A stretch of 64,000 nucleotides of DNA from positions 89,962,001 to 90,026,000 of the forward strand of contig NC_042998.1 in NCBI RefSeq assembly GCF_006345805.1, read 5' to 3'. Shown one piece after another: positions 28,076 to 43,746 of this stretch (the first letter of the stretch is position 1; the number at the start of each line of letters is the position of its first letter). The stretch comes from Octopus sinensis. Taxonomy: Eukaryota. Both the position numbers and the translations under genes were made by a program. Below the pieces are notes generated by a model. It was not told the origin of the DNA. It did no database searches and saw only the letters and a list, made by a program, of their open reading frames with translations.

Positions 28076-28501
28076 CTATCTCTACACACGACACAAGAAA
28101 CAATGAGGCATTCAACATCATCATCCAAAATCTCCTCATTCTCACTGGAGAATGAACAAAATTTTGGGCTCATACAAAATTATCAAAAGCAAAATGCAAC
28201 CGAAATCATTGAAAAACAATATTAACCAGCGCCAGACTATATCAGAACCAAAGTGGGAAAATGCGGGCAGCCTAACTGTGCACACACCCCCGCCTTTTGG
28301 AAGGTACAGAATTTTACTACAAACAAGATAACATATTTAAGATAAAATCAAATTTCACTTGTACCTCTGAAAATTTAATCTATGTTATTACCTACTTAGG
28401 TTACAGAAACCACTACATAAGCCAAACACCAATGTCCCTCAGATGAAGAACGACACTTCACAAAGAACAAATCCGCTTCCTTCAATATAGACAGATATTG
28501 C
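28076..28501 (+). mobile_element. Penelope-like element linker and GIY-YIG endonuclease segment
   Basis: Plus strand reads FKIKSNFTCTSENLIYVIT...HYISQT...LR*RTTLHKEQI (GIY-YIG signature with R...H). Confidence 0.8.
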
Positions 28502-28604
28502 CTGTGCTATTTCCACCTATGATATCACAAGCAATAAAAAAAATCAAGATATATATATATTTGTGTGTGTGTATGTGTATGTTTGTGCGTGTATATGTGT
28601 ATGT

Positions 28605-28636
<32 letters not shown>

Positions 28637-29926
28637 TTGTGTGTGTGTGATTCCGACTGCTTGGAGAGGAGCACCATGCAGATTTATAATGACATGCATA
28701 AAGATTATGCAAAAACGTAAAGACTACGGCATTATGGCTGGTTAGTTACCATATTTACTCCACCTTTTCGCTTCTATCTCTGTTGAGGTTTTTAGATTGA
28801 AATAATATATAAGATTCAATTGAAAGCAGAAAGTATTTCAATGTTTGAGTTTTTTTTTTTAATTTCGGGTTTAATTTCCGTTTGATTTTTCAGTGAAATG
28901 TAACAAATGACACAAAATAATCAGAAAAAAACCTGGACATTACTCGATTTAGTTTTCTCTCATTTTATGCCTGAATTACTGAACTGTTTGAAGAGAGAGA
29001 TTATAAGTTAATTAGTGAAACGTTAAAAAAAATTGCACAGAAAGATTATCAGTTAATTAGCGAAATGTTAAAAAAATTTTGAACACTTTATCCTTTTAAC
29101 TAAGTAGAATCATAAGAACACGCAACTCAATGGAGTTAGGTGTACTATGATATATTATATTTCATAGACATTGATGTTAATACTTTAATATTCAGCTGTA
29201 TATGTTACAGCTTTGTACGTTTTTCAAACCAATCTCGGATTTCCATGGTTTAAATTTTGTCTAATGACATTCATTTTCACACTGAAAGAAAATCACGAGT
29301 TAGCTTTACTTTTTTTATATATATTTTAAGAATACCAAGCAGTAATAGCTTTTTGTATAATGCATAGCACTCATGTTGTGAGATTGTATCTCTTAAGACG
29401 TGTCAACAAATCCTTTTGATAAAGAGTCACACTGTACTAAGTACCGACAATCTAATAACACTTAACATCATCAAAACCGAAGAATTACTCAAGCACCACT
29501 ATGTTTTTCAGTAATTTCAATACATTTATAAATCCTAAATATCAACTTCTAATTATTTTTGTTATATTTTAATCGCATTTTCATATGACTAACATAGTAA
29601 TACTACAAAGTAGATTCTTTTTTTAATCAAACCCAGCTGAGTGTTATAATATTGTTTAATCTTGAAGATACACATCCCTTTCAAGAACCAGATGCGGTTC
29701 ATCATATGTATTGACGACTGTCAAAGATGCCAAACCATATAGAGTTGTCTTGACATAAAATCCACGTCCGCAAAATAAAGAAGATTTGTTTCACAGGGAT
29801 ATGGTTCAGGGTTCTAACACATAATGCGGCATTTTGGCTATATATTTTGTACTATAGTGAAATTTGAAATTTGTAAGTAAAATTTGATTGGTAGTAACTA
29901 TGTAGAAGCTCATGACATGTGTGTGA

Positions 29927-29961
<35 letters not shown>

Positions 29962-30144
29962 TTTTCTTGTTTGAGTCACGTTTACATTTTTGCATAATCT
30001 TTATGCATGTCATTATAAACATGCATGGTGCTTCTCCCCAAACAGTCGGAATCACACACACACACATACAAGCACACATACACACACACGAATATATATC
30101 TTGATTTTTTATTGCCTGTGATATCATAGGTGCAAATAGCACAG
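28502..30144. mobile_element. Probable non-autonomous element bounded by ~180-220-bp inverted repeats
   Basis: 28502-28725 is the reverse complement (~85-90% by eye) of 29965-30144, including an internal (TG)n/(CA)n tract. Confidence 0.6.
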
Positions 30145-30308
30145 AAGTCAAAAACATTTCAGTTTAAGAGAGAATTTAATAAAAATGATTTTAAAAGTTG
30201 TATAAAGAAAATATTTCCAGTTTCGATGTATCTCATCTTATCAAATATCAGTAAAAATCTTTGAAGTAAAAACTGTTTATCTTCTGTCTGGGAGTATATT
30301 TATAAATT

Positions 30309-30604
30309 GTGAAGGCGCATGGCTCAGTGGTTAGAGCGTCGAGGTTACGATTCCCGGACCGGGCTGCGTGTTATATTCTTAAGCAAGATATTTTATTTCA
30401 CTGTAGAAATTAGTTGCGATATCACTAGTGCCAAGCTGTATCGGCCTTTGCCTTCCCCTTGTATAACATCAGTGGTGTGGAGAGGGAAGACTGGTATGCA
30501 TGGGCAACTACTGGCCGTTCACAAAACAACCTTGCCCGGACTTGTGCCTCGGAGGGTAACTTTCTAGGTGCAATCCCATAGTCATTCATGACCGAAGGGG
30601 GTCT
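30309..30604 (+). mobile_element. tRNA-derived SINE (head partly deleted)
   Basis: GTGAAGGCGCATGGCTCAGTGGTTAGAGCG...CGATTCCCGG; distinct tail ending CATGACCGAAGGGGGTC. Confidence 0.75.
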
Positions 30605-30611
30605 CCTCCTC

Positions 30612-30960
30612 CTCCTGTTTGAGTCATGAGACTGCGGTCATGCCTTGAATTTTTAGTCGAATGAATCGACCCTCAGCCTGGTACATATTCTATCGGTCTC
30701 TTTTGCCGAACCACTAAGTTACGGGGACGCAAGCACACCAGCACCGGTTGTTAAGTAGTGGTGGTGGGACAAACACAAACCAAAAGACACACACACATAC
30801 ACACACACATTCACGCACACATGCGCGCGCGCACTTCTTTCAGTTTCTATCAGCCAAATCCACCCACAAGGCTTTGGTCGGCCCAAGGTATCACGCAGTG
30901 GGACTGAACCCAGAACCAGATGGTTTGGAAGCAAGTTTTTTACCACACAGCCATACCTGC
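30612..30960 (-). mobile_element. tRNA-derived SINE (15177 family, internally deleted)
   Basis: Shares head, mid-body and tail blocks with 15177-15670. Confidence 0.8.
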
Positions 30961-30978
30961 ATTTCTCATTCTCTCTCT

Positions 30979-31056
<78 letters not shown>

Positions 31057-31076
31057 ATATATGTATGTATGTATAT

Positions 31077-31206
<130 letters not shown>

Positions 31207-31395
31207 CAAAAGTAACAGACTACGAGAGTTTCGTGCGTTTGCTACTTCTGCTAAATATTAATAAAATATACATATACTCATATTTTGAGTTCTATTTTTC
31301 CTGTTTGTATCACCATTCATACACCCATCCATCCACCCACCCATCCATCCATACATACATACATACATACATACATACATACATACATACATACA

Positions 31396-31426
<31 letters not shown>

Positions 31427-31677
31427 TGCACAGGCACTCCTTTGTTGCGATTGGAAATGCAATAAAGTAGTCACAGACCAATTGGTGGGAAAAAATGGAA
31501 TAATGACGTCCTTATCATTTGAACATAAAACATTATTGTCATTCCAGCTTGATGAATTTTCACTAAATGTTTACTTACAACTTGATTGATGTTTTTTCTC
31601 AATCGCGAAATTTATATATCCATGTCAATCAAACTGAATAAAGGAGAGCATCATACAGATTGGCACATATATAACCC

Positions 31678-31835
31678 TTCTACTAGAGATTGGGAGTCCG
31701 AAATTATGAGGGAGGGAACAGTCGATTATATCGACATCAGTTCATAGACCCCAAAAGGATGAAAGCCGTAATCGGGGAAATTTGAACAGGCTCTAAGCAT
31801 TTTGGCCGTCGTGGTAACGTTCCTGCCAGCTCGCT
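31678..31835 (-). mobile_element. tRNA-derived SINE (10585 family), degenerate
   Basis: CCAAAAGGATGAAAG...CCTGCCAGCTCGC block. Confidence 0.7.
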
Positions 31836-32348
31836 GCTCTAAGTTAATACATGTATAATGAGATAACACGAAGATTATACAAAGCGAAGAAAAAAATAAC
31901 AGTGGATTTGAAATCAATCAACCTATCCATTTCTCACTCAGGTTGAATAATTTCAGTATTTCACAGAAGTAAAATTTTGCGTGAATAGTTGAGTAAGATT
32001 TGAGACAAAAAGCTAAAATGGAAACCAACCGAATTTAAACTTAGAGAGAAAATGTAGATGACATTAGGAATTCAGATGAAAACATACTTTTGTTCAAAAT
32101 TCACCAATCTAATTTGCAAGGAATATTATCCTACGCGAATATCATCCAGTTATCTCGTTTCAATAATCCATGAGTTTGCTCTTCTCACAATATATTTACA
32201 TAGCATTAAAGGGAATCTTGTAGCACCTATTGGTCTCAATCGAACAGGTTGTTCGCTTGAATCTTTATCGCCGAATAACGGAGGTTCAATATAATATATT
32301 TACATACGTATGACAATTAGTGTAGTATATGTAAACTCCTTTCTCGAT

Positions 32349-32596
32349 ACTCTCTTTTTACTCTTTACTCTTTTACTTGTTTCAGTCATTTTGACTGCGG
32401 CCATGCTGGAGCACCGCCTTTAGTCGAGCAAATCGACCCCGAGACTTATTCTTTGTAAGCCTAGTACTTGTTCTATCGGTCTCTTTTGCCGAACCGCTAA
32501 GTTACGGGGACGTAAACACAACAGCATCGGTTGTCAAGCAATTTTGGGAGGACAAACAGACACACAAACACACACACACACACACACACACACCAC

Positions 32597-32651
<55 letters not shown>

Positions 32652-32810
32652 CGACAGGCTTCTTTCAGTTTCCGTCTACCAAATCCACTCACAAGGCTTT
32701 GGTCAGCCCGAGGCTATAGTAGAAGACACTTGCCCAAGGTGCCACGCAGTGGGACTGAACCCGGAACCATGTGGTTGGTAAGCAAGCTACTTACCACACA
32801 GCCACTCCTG
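32349..32810 (-). mobile_element. Full-length tRNA-derived SINE (15177 family)
   Basis: Near-colinear reverse complement of 15177-15670. Confidence 0.9.
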
Positions 32811-33031
32811 CGTCTATAGCATATATTTTCGACTAACATACAAGAAGAATTAGTCTGTTTTTCTAGTAAGCTACTGAGAGAATGAAGAAAAACTGCAATT
32901 ATGTAAATATTTAAATAAAAAGAATTGCCTTTTGTTTAGGCACAAAGCCAGCAGCTTCGGCGGGAAGAGTTTGTACGATACATAAGACTCAGTATTTGTC
33001 TGGTATTTTATCAAACTCTAAGGATTGTTTA

Positions 33032-33257
33032 TCAAGCCTGACGCTCAAACGACTCTATATGCACGTTGCAAAGACGTCGATTTGTGTTGTTTATTATCAC
33101 ACAGTTAAACTGAGGATCTAAACTGGTATCTCTGTTCGAATCTGATAGCGGAACATTTGAATTTCCTTCACACATTCGGTGATTTATTTCCTCTGGGATG
33201 GTGTCAGTATTATTAAAGCCAGGCATGTTATGATCTTTGACACCAATAAAACTTCTT
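33032..33257 (-). CDS. Candidate terminal coding exon, unknown protein
   Basis: Acceptor-like TTGTATGTTTTAAG, then an open frame SFIGVKDHNMPGFNN...FERQA* in non-repetitive sequence. No family recognised. Confidence 0.2.
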
Positions 33258-34268
33258 AAAACATACAAATGGCAACATATGTCCAAGTAATTAGTTTACA
33301 ACATCCTTTCAAACATTCACGAAAATCGCATTACTAAGGTTCCAAAGGGCTCCTCGCTTTTTTTTTTATCTCGCAACTCGCTTTGTCTCACTGTATTCAC
33401 TCCACCCTTCTTTCGGTTTCTCTCTGTCCCTCTCAACTTACCCTCTTCCCTTATTCTTTTTGTTAACAATTCAGATTCTCGATCTTTCTTCTACTTCCGA
33501 ACACCTCCCAACACTCACAAAAACACACACAAATGCACATATACACACACACACTACACACACTCACACACACACTACACACACACACATATATGTGTGT
33601 ATATATATATATGTGTGTGTGAGTGTGCGTGCGTGTGCGTGAGAGCGAAACTCAAAAATGACCGCAAACTTTTGATGTTTCAAACATATCTATCCACTTA
33701 GCGTATCGAGTTCTATATTAGATAATGTTTCCACTATGTAAAATATATTTCTATAATACGCTTCACAACTCTTACATTAAGATATATATACATAAATAGA
33801 CAGACAGACAGATTGACAGACAGAGAAAGAGGGAAACTAGAAGTGCACCAGCAGTGTTGATTGAATTATAAGTGTGTATTATTATATTTCACTCATTCGT
33901 GTACACTTGGACGTAAAAAAACCTATACGTTGCTCTATAAGCATGATGTGCTTGGGGTTCTCGCTGAACACCTTACTTCCAAGACAATAATTTCCCCACT
34001 TTCTATGTTTAGGAAAGAATGGTGTCACCTAGCCTCTCCCAAAGTGGCAGATGGAAAAATACATCTACATTTCTCGCCACTCATCTATCAATCTATTTAG
34101 TTCACTAGCTGTCTATCTACATATACGAACATGCATACAAACATACATACACTTACATACATATAGCCAGATGAAGAGAGAGACGGAGAGAGATAAAGAT
34201 ACATATACATACATGTATGTATGTATACACACACATACACAAACACACACACACACACAAACACACAG

Positions 34269-34341
<73 letters not shown>

Positions 34342-34565
34342 TTAGAAGTGGTGTACAGATAGATACTGAATATTGAGAAAAGACGAGGTCGCCAGAATTT
34401 TAGTCATTATTAGTGCTTTCGATCGTTTTTCAAACTTGCCAAATAAAATTTTTTTGTGAATGTACAAACACGTTATTTCTTTATATAAAACAGATTTTTT
34501 TTTGTTTAGAAGAGAACATTATTTTTTTTTTGTTGGGTGGGGGGGGGATTTCAGGACAATGGAGC

Positions 34566-35915
<1,350 letters not shown>

Positions 35916-35930
35916 TTAGATAGATGGATG

Positions 35931-36005
<75 letters not shown>

Positions 36006-37334
36006 GAACAAATAGATAGGTAGAGAGAAGGGGTGGAAGTCCCTCCCACTTCAATTTTGACTTCCACTCATTTATTTATTTAGTCATTTACCATTCTATG
36101 GAAATAAGGTCAAGGATGGTGACCTCTCTAAGATATCAGTTCTAGGATGGGGTTGCTTTTCCTCTTTTTTTCTTTTTTCCGTGTTTTTTACCTTTTTCTT
36201 CGGGTGCCAGCGGTAAGATAAAAGGTTCAATGGAAATTTAAATATGTATGTGTGTGTGTATGTGTGTGTGTACGTGCGTGCGCGCTTACTTTTTTTCTGT
36301 TTACATCTGTTAACATGTTATAAGTAATTTTATGCATTTCCTAAATACCTTATTGGTTCCAAGAAATATTCAGGTAAATGGGTCTAAGAATGAGGTTAAT
36401 TGAATTAATGCCATTATGTTTATAGTTTCAGCCAAAAAGAAATGTATCTAACGGAGTAGCAATTTATGCTTGAAGTAACAAAAAATAATTTCCGGTCATC
36501 AAAGAAATCATGTTTTTCTCTGACATCTCGCTTCATTTAACAGAAAATTCATTGTAGAACTTAGCAATCTTCAACCTGCAGCTTTATTATCCTGCCTCAC
36601 ATCATTCAGTATGTGTTTGCATTAGTTGATAGGATAGGACTAGCTACCTTTTATCAACTGGGTACAGTAGAAAGGAAGAATACAAAAGAAAAGAAAACTT
36701 AGCTCGTGAAGTCCTCCCACTTAAAATATGTCCAGATACTTTCAATTAACATTGATTCTTAACATGGTTCTTCAATTTTTCAGGAAATAGTATTCACCGA
36801 TTATTTTGATCCCACTAGTATTTTGGAACTTCATTATATCGATACTAGAAGAATGAAAGGCAATGCTGACATCGACTGGATTTAAAATTCGAATATACTT
36901 ATACAACAGGATATTTCGTCCGACGCTCATACCATTTTGCTAACTGCTCCCCCCACCACCATACTGATTTCTAACAGGCCACAGGTTTTGTGTGAGGAGT
37001 ATCATTGATCATGAAAATTACAGAAGCTTTCTCTACAATTGATTTCTTGATTCAGTCACAATGTCACTTTTATATATTTAGGAGAAATGATATTATGTAA
37101 CGTTCACAACATCTTTAGCAGTTAAAGTGTGATGAAATGGCTTTAGCCAAATATTGAAACCGATAAAACTGCTTGAGGATTCGGCTCTGTTGAAGCTTAA
37201 TTCTTGTTGTGTAACATTCTCTATTACAGTTTCCTTATTTTGATATTTGATCAATTTTTCAGTTATCTCCAGCAAGTTCAAACTTGTATCAGTTAATGTT
37301 TGGTGTGAAATTGTATGCACAGAAGGAGTAAAAC

Positions 37335-37498
37335 TATTTTACGTCCGTCTTTACGTTCTGAGTTCAAATTCCACTGAAGTCAACTTTGCTTTTCATCCTT
37401 TCGGGATCGATAAAATAAGTACCAGTTGAACACTGGGGTCAATGAAATTGACTTACCCCATACTCTGAAATTTGAAACTTTGAAAAATTGAAACCAAT
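37335..37498 (+). mobile_element. SINE fragment (10585 family, headless)
   Basis: CGTCCGTCTTTACGTTCTGAGTTCAAATTCC...TCATCCTTTCGGGATCGATAAAATAAGTACCAG. Confidence 0.8.
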
Positions 37499-37596
37499 AT
37501 TTAATGCAAGATTTGAAGTGCACGAAACAAAAGAAATGTCATATCAATTACTTCACTTTTGTAATGTTGTATGCGTCGATGTATATTAAGATTAAC

Positions 37597-37684
37597 CTGA
37601 TAGACTAAAGTAGACAGAGGAATAGAAGTCTGCACATTCATGTCTATTTCAAAGGCATTGCCAACGTGAAGTGTTATGTAGCTT
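37597..37684 (-). CDS. Candidate internal exon, unknown protein
   Basis: TCTTCTGTAG acceptor and CAG|GTTAAT donor bound an open frame SYITLHVGNAFEIDMNVQTSIPLSTLVYQ. Confidence 0.2.
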
Positions 37685-38647
37685 CTACAGAAGATCAACT
37701 ATTATGAGCTTGGCTCACATCAGGAGCTCATAATTGATTTCAAGTTGTTCATCTTCGGTTTAAAAGAAAAAGTGAATAGTAGAAATCACTGGATATGGAA
37801 CACCTAATGAAAGTCAGTCTGGTGGAGACCGATGTTTATAAGTTATATGTGGAATGATGTGAACTTGGCTTTTCAAAGTAATCAAAAGCTTCTGTGTTAT
37901 AAAGTAATTCCGATGCTTAAAGCGCTATGCTTTACCTCTATCATACATTGCTAAACATGCAAGCGGGCTGCACCATTTTTGATTGTTGTGCTTTGGTCAT
38001 GAATACAACTCAACTCCGGGGGACGGGTAACAAATCACCGACTCTTAAATCAGTTCTGTCATATGTTATCTGCCTGGCTATCCACCAAGATAATATGATG
38101 TAGATTAGTGTTAGGTTGCATGTAGCTATATAGTATAGTTTGAAAGATCTTTAATATCGTTATGCATTAACTGTCCCAATATCTGCATACTTAATGTTTG
38201 AAGCATTTATTTTAAGTAGATGTAGAAACATTGAAGCTCTCTGGTCAATGTTGATTTTGTTGTCTTTGTCATTGTTGTTGTTGCTCGTAAAGATTACTCA
38301 TTTAAAATATGTTCAGATACTTTAGATTAACACTAATTCTTAACATTGATACAAGGTTTCAAATTTTATGAGCGCGGTATAACTGATCATACTGATATCA
38401 ACACTATATTATCGATCCATGAAGGTTGTGGGACAAAGTTGGCCCCGGTGGGAATAAATTCAGAAGATAAAAGGCTGTAAATGAATATAGCAAGACACTG
38501 TGTCTGACACTCTACCGATCAGGTCAATCCTTCGTAAAGTTTTAAATTAATAATTATTTTTAATAATTACTATGAATTTTTGTTATGTCTCTCCAGAAGT
38601 ATAATGTTAACGTGCTAATCATGTAGCCGAATGGATCATTTCACTTT

Positions 38648-39030
38648 ACTTATTGCAGTCATTGGACTTCGGCCGTGCTGGAACGCCTCCTTGATGGGTT
38701 TGCGTCGAATGAATCGACCCCAATACTTATTTTAAGTCTAATACCTAATCTATCGGTTTTTATGCTGAACCGCTAAGTTACGGGGTCGTTAACAAACCAA
38801 TACCGGTTGTCAAGCGCTAAGAGATAAACACGCACACAAGCACGCACACATACACACATTCTCACTTACGTACACATTCACACACATATACACACGACGG
38901 GCTTTCACACAGTTTCTATCGACTAGATTCTCTTACGAAGCATAAGCCGACCGGGGTCTATAGTAGAAGGCATTTGTCAAGAGTGCCGCGCAGGGGGTCT
39001 AAGCGTGAAACCATGTGTTGCAATGCATGC
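38648..39030 (-). mobile_element. tRNA-derived SINE (15177 family), diverged
   Basis: Recognisable tail, mid-body and head blocks with internal (CA)n. Confidence 0.75.
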
Positions 39031-42000
39031 TTCTCGACCATCGAATTAATTTTCGTTTTCTTCTATGGTGTATTCAGATATAATATACGTATTTTTTTAT
39101 ATTGGCAGTAAATAATGAAAATCTGTATTTAAATTATCTTATGTAAGACATTGATTCTCAAATTTTTTGTAGTCGTTACAAGGAATATCGTGAATAGTAT
39201 AGCGACCGAATGTAAAGCAATATTCAGCTTCTCTTGTCGAAAGCAAATGCAGCTTCTCAGCTTCGGCTGGCAAGGGTCTATGAAATACAAGTAATTAGAG
39301 AGAAACTGCTGCAGTAAACGGTTGCCCCGAGCCACACATGCAGCAGTGGGGTTGGGGAAATAACTGATTAATGCCTAAGCTTTGTTTTTACAAATGCCAG
39401 GCTGCGATCTGTTAGCTGTCAGATATTCTTGTAGATAAAAGCTTTCAGCAGTTGGCTACAAGTCTGGAACTGGTCTGCGTTGTGTAAAGTTAAAACATTT
39501 GCAATAGAAGAAAATAAGTTATTAAGACTTGTAAAAGGCATATAACACTGAATACTTTAAATATTACAATTTCGTTTATAAATATCGCATGCTACAGTTA
39601 TTTCAAATAAGAAGTAGAATGTCTCTCAATGTCTTTTTTTTTTTCTTTTCATATGTTCTTTCTTATCCCTGTGAATGAGCGTATTATATCCACGAAAATT
39701 AGTGTAGACTCACAGATAATTATCAATAATTATGAAAGATGCAGTTCTTCAAAATTTTCGCCATAATCAATGTCATGAATTCTTTGCATATTTGCAATAC
39801 TTGTATAGATAGGCAGTCAGATAAATATTTGTAAGATAAATACCAATCTGATATAAAGTTCGTAAAGAGATTTATAAAAGTTGCAACTAGGTGAGAATGT
39901 TTCGACTGAAAATGTCTTCATATGATTGCAGTCGCCTCTTCATAAAATACCATAGCATATTCTAAATTTCAATTTCACAGTGTAAACAATGGCTATTAAA
40001 AGCAATTCTTTCTTGCGTAATAGCAAATTCTTAAAATCTTTCAATTTTTCAAATTTTCTCAACATATAGTGTATGTTAATGCCAATTAGACTATTTGTAA
40101 AAATAGTGTTACACTCCAAGACGTTACAAAGAGAATGAAAAATATGTCTAGCAAACTTACGCAAATGACACAAGCACTTTGCAGTATAAAGTTATACGCA
40201 TAATACAATGACAGAAGCAAACATATAAACGATAGTTACGGTAACAAAGTATCAGAAATTTCGGAAAAAGTAGGAAGTAGCTGGTTTTTAACAACCAGTT
40301 GTTGTCTGTGTTTTCCAACGTTGAAGCTTACAGCAACATGTTAAATACTGCATATTAATAATGCGGAAAATATAGTGATCCCTTCGTTTGGTTCACTATT
40401 TACAGAACTTTTCAAATAAGCTCTGTTCAACAAGTAAACAATTTAACTGGAATCTGTATAAAAGATTTAGTTTATAAAGTATATCCTAAAATTACAAATA
40501 TACTTTTTACAAATTTATCATTGTTTCTCCGTGCTGCTATACTTTTTCATGATGCGGGGAGAGAAAAATGTGGGGAAAAAACCAATAAATTAAAAAGAAA
40601 CAGTAGGTAAATTCACTTCAATTTTATTTTTCTTTGGAAAAATACTTGAGTTTTTTCACTTAAGTTATGACTATACTGGTAATAAGTATCAGTGGCATAA
40701 TTTTTCAGTTGTTTTCCCACAATTTATATAGAAATCAGTATTTTAAGAGCGACGACTAAGCCGTGTTAACTGGATACTTTATGGTATCAAGTCGGTCGCT
40801 TTACTTTCTTCCATGTAACACATATAATTCAGTTTACCATACTACATTCTCAAAAGGATTATCATTGTATCTACTCAAAAGAAACATTTGGTGATATCAC
40901 AGAATATAGAGCAGCAGACATATTGCATTTGTATTGAAAATTTGTCCTCAAATATCCGAGTTCTAATTTATACTTGGTTGACCTTGTTTTAATTCTTCAA
41001 ATTTGATGAAATAATATCAGCAATTTACTAAGGAGACAATTCAATCGAATATTTACAAACTCTGCAAAACATAGGATTATAGCCTAGGCATACGAAATCA
41101 ATATTTTAAGAATTATTTTCTATTTCTTGACAATAAAATTATTTTGAGAGAATACGGCGTTATTGGTCTATTATATAAACGTTTAAAAACACCTATATGC
41201 AATTCAGATGAGAAGTTGGGCAAAAATATGCAAGTGGGCGTCCATAAATGAAAATAAAGGATAAAATATTGAATTTCCTTACATAGTTGGTTTAATAATA
41301 TAATATTTCTGAGGGATTGCTCATTTCAAATAAAAAATAATAATAATAATCAAAGAATTCAAAGAAATGTGTTGTTAGCCGCAGACCATTCTGGTGTGAC
41401 AAAGACCCTATTAATAAAAAAGAAAAAAATATGCGTGAAAGATGCAAATAAAACAGTTAATATGAAAACACAGAGACGCTGGAATTTCAGTTTTGAGGCA
41501 TAACTTATGATCTATTTAAAGCATAAGAACTTTGAAATCATTTCAGATACCGTATTATATTTACACTACACTCATCAAGTATAAATCTCTTGATAAAACA
41601 ATTGATAACTCTGTGAAAATTTCTTCGATTCTGAACGAAAATGTAACTTCCGTGGCTTTATTTATGTTTTCCTCTCTAAAGAACGATAAAAAGGATTCAG
41701 ATATATGGGGAAATAAACTATCATTCTAATTTCAGCGTCAATTTTGGCAGATAACATCAATGAGTTAAATGGTTACACCCACCATATTGTTTTCTTAAGT
41801 TAACCACTCAGATCATAATGTAAACAAAAACAAGGTATAAACATTTGAGCTGAAACGATTAATTATTGGGAAGCAGAGCGCATGTCTTGATATTCAATTT
41901 AGCTCTTTCCTTTTTATAAATTTTTCAACTGAAAGATTCTGCTGACTGTATCAAAGTCAATTTGATATCAAAATTCAGAAAAATACTTGAAACTTTGTTT

Positions 42001-42084
42001 TATATCTTTATTATGTTTTTTTGTTTCAAATTTATTTCCATCTACTCGGATGTTCTAGTGAGTACAGTAGGGATTCGTAGTTTG

Positions 42085-42138
<54 letters not shown>

Positions 42139-42221
42139 GGTTGAAAAGGATCACACGAGTTGATATATATGGAAAAACAAGTCAAGTTAAAAAATGCTGA
42201 TACACACACACACACACACAA

Positions 42222-42277
<56 letters not shown>

Positions 42278-42728
42278 TATATATATAACGGTCATCTTTG
42301 GAGGTAAAATAAACACTCCTTTCAAAAGTTTGGCGTAAGCTTCACTGATTGACTCGGAAGTATTATATTTTTGGTTCCTTTATTGACTGATGCTATCAAA
42401 GTTGTTAGCTTTTGAAAGAGTGAAACCTGATCATCTTGACTACATTACGATCAAGTTTATTGTTCTTATTATTTAAATGGGTAACTCAGCACGAATAAAA
42501 CAGTTTGTAACAGATCATGTGCCTTAATACTTCAACAAAACTCTCAGCAAACGAACCTAGTTTATAAATTTGATTATAGTGAACTTAGAATTGGATAATC
42601 CACATGCTCCAACATGAAAAATTATTTCATAAAAGTATAATTTTCAAATTTGTGGCAGTTTATCGCAATGCTATATCATAAGCAATCCTTTGGCATGCGC
42701 ACACACGCACACATACGTACGCCCAAGG

Positions 42729-42799
<71 letters not shown>

Positions 42800-43576
42800 A
42801 CACACACCCCACACACACACACATACACGCACACATATATGCGTACATGTGGTGTTCGGGTGGGCAGTGAGGGTGTTGATGAAGAAAGCTTCTCTTTTAA
42901 GCATGATGTATTAAAGACACAGCTATGTTCAGTTTAGAACATTAATATCCCTACTCCGTCAATCTTTTAAAGCTACTCATGTTATAACCTTAGAAGAAAA
43001 TCGCAGAATGTAGCATCGCAAAAGGGTCATGAAATATTGGGAATTTGATTGCTTTTTCTTCTTCAAAAACAGGATTTAAAACAAATTCAATAGTTAAATC
43101 CGATTGTTTTTGTAATCCATTTCTCGCGTGCTGTATTTGTGCATTGATATTTGGCTTATATCTTTCTATTAGCAAACCATGGAGTCTTGGACTTGATCCA
43201 GGACTTTATGGTCTTTGAGTAAGAGTTTTTCACCAAAATCTCAGATCAACTCTAACCTCGTGAATTTGGTTGAGTTGACAGTTATGCGGAAGTTTGAATT
43301 GTACATGCGAATTAGATGCCCCACCTTGTAACACCATTTCATGATTATTTTACTTAGGAGCAAAGCACTCAAATATACTGAGCAGGCAGCTTAGCTGATG
43401 AAGCAACTGGAATAGTCATCGTTGAAATCGACGGAAAATCTACTTAACTTATGTTTCTGGCACAATCTGGGACTAAGACAAGTGCATTTCGGTTCCTGAA
43501 ACTACTTAGTTTTAAATAAAACCCGTGAATTAGGTGACTTCTATAAGCTTTTTTTTTTTTTTTTTCGTTTAAACAG

Positions 43577-43746
43577 GATGAAAGGACAATGTCCCATGGC
43601 CTCAATTACGAAGCCTATGAGACGGCAAGTGAAAGATGGATACCCTCAAACCTGAGATCTGATCCGAATGATTGTATCAATATGAACATTGCTAAAGACA
43701 CCCAAGATGTTGTTACACTAGACCACGGATCAAGTCTACCACACAA
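43577..43746 (+). CDS. Candidate internal coding exon (170 bp), unknown protein
   Basis: Long polypyrimidine tract plus AAACAG acceptor, perfect GTAAGT donor, and a single open frame DERTMSHGLNYEAYETASERWIPSNLRSDPNDCINMNIAKDTQDVVTLDHGSSLPH. Confidence 0.45.
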
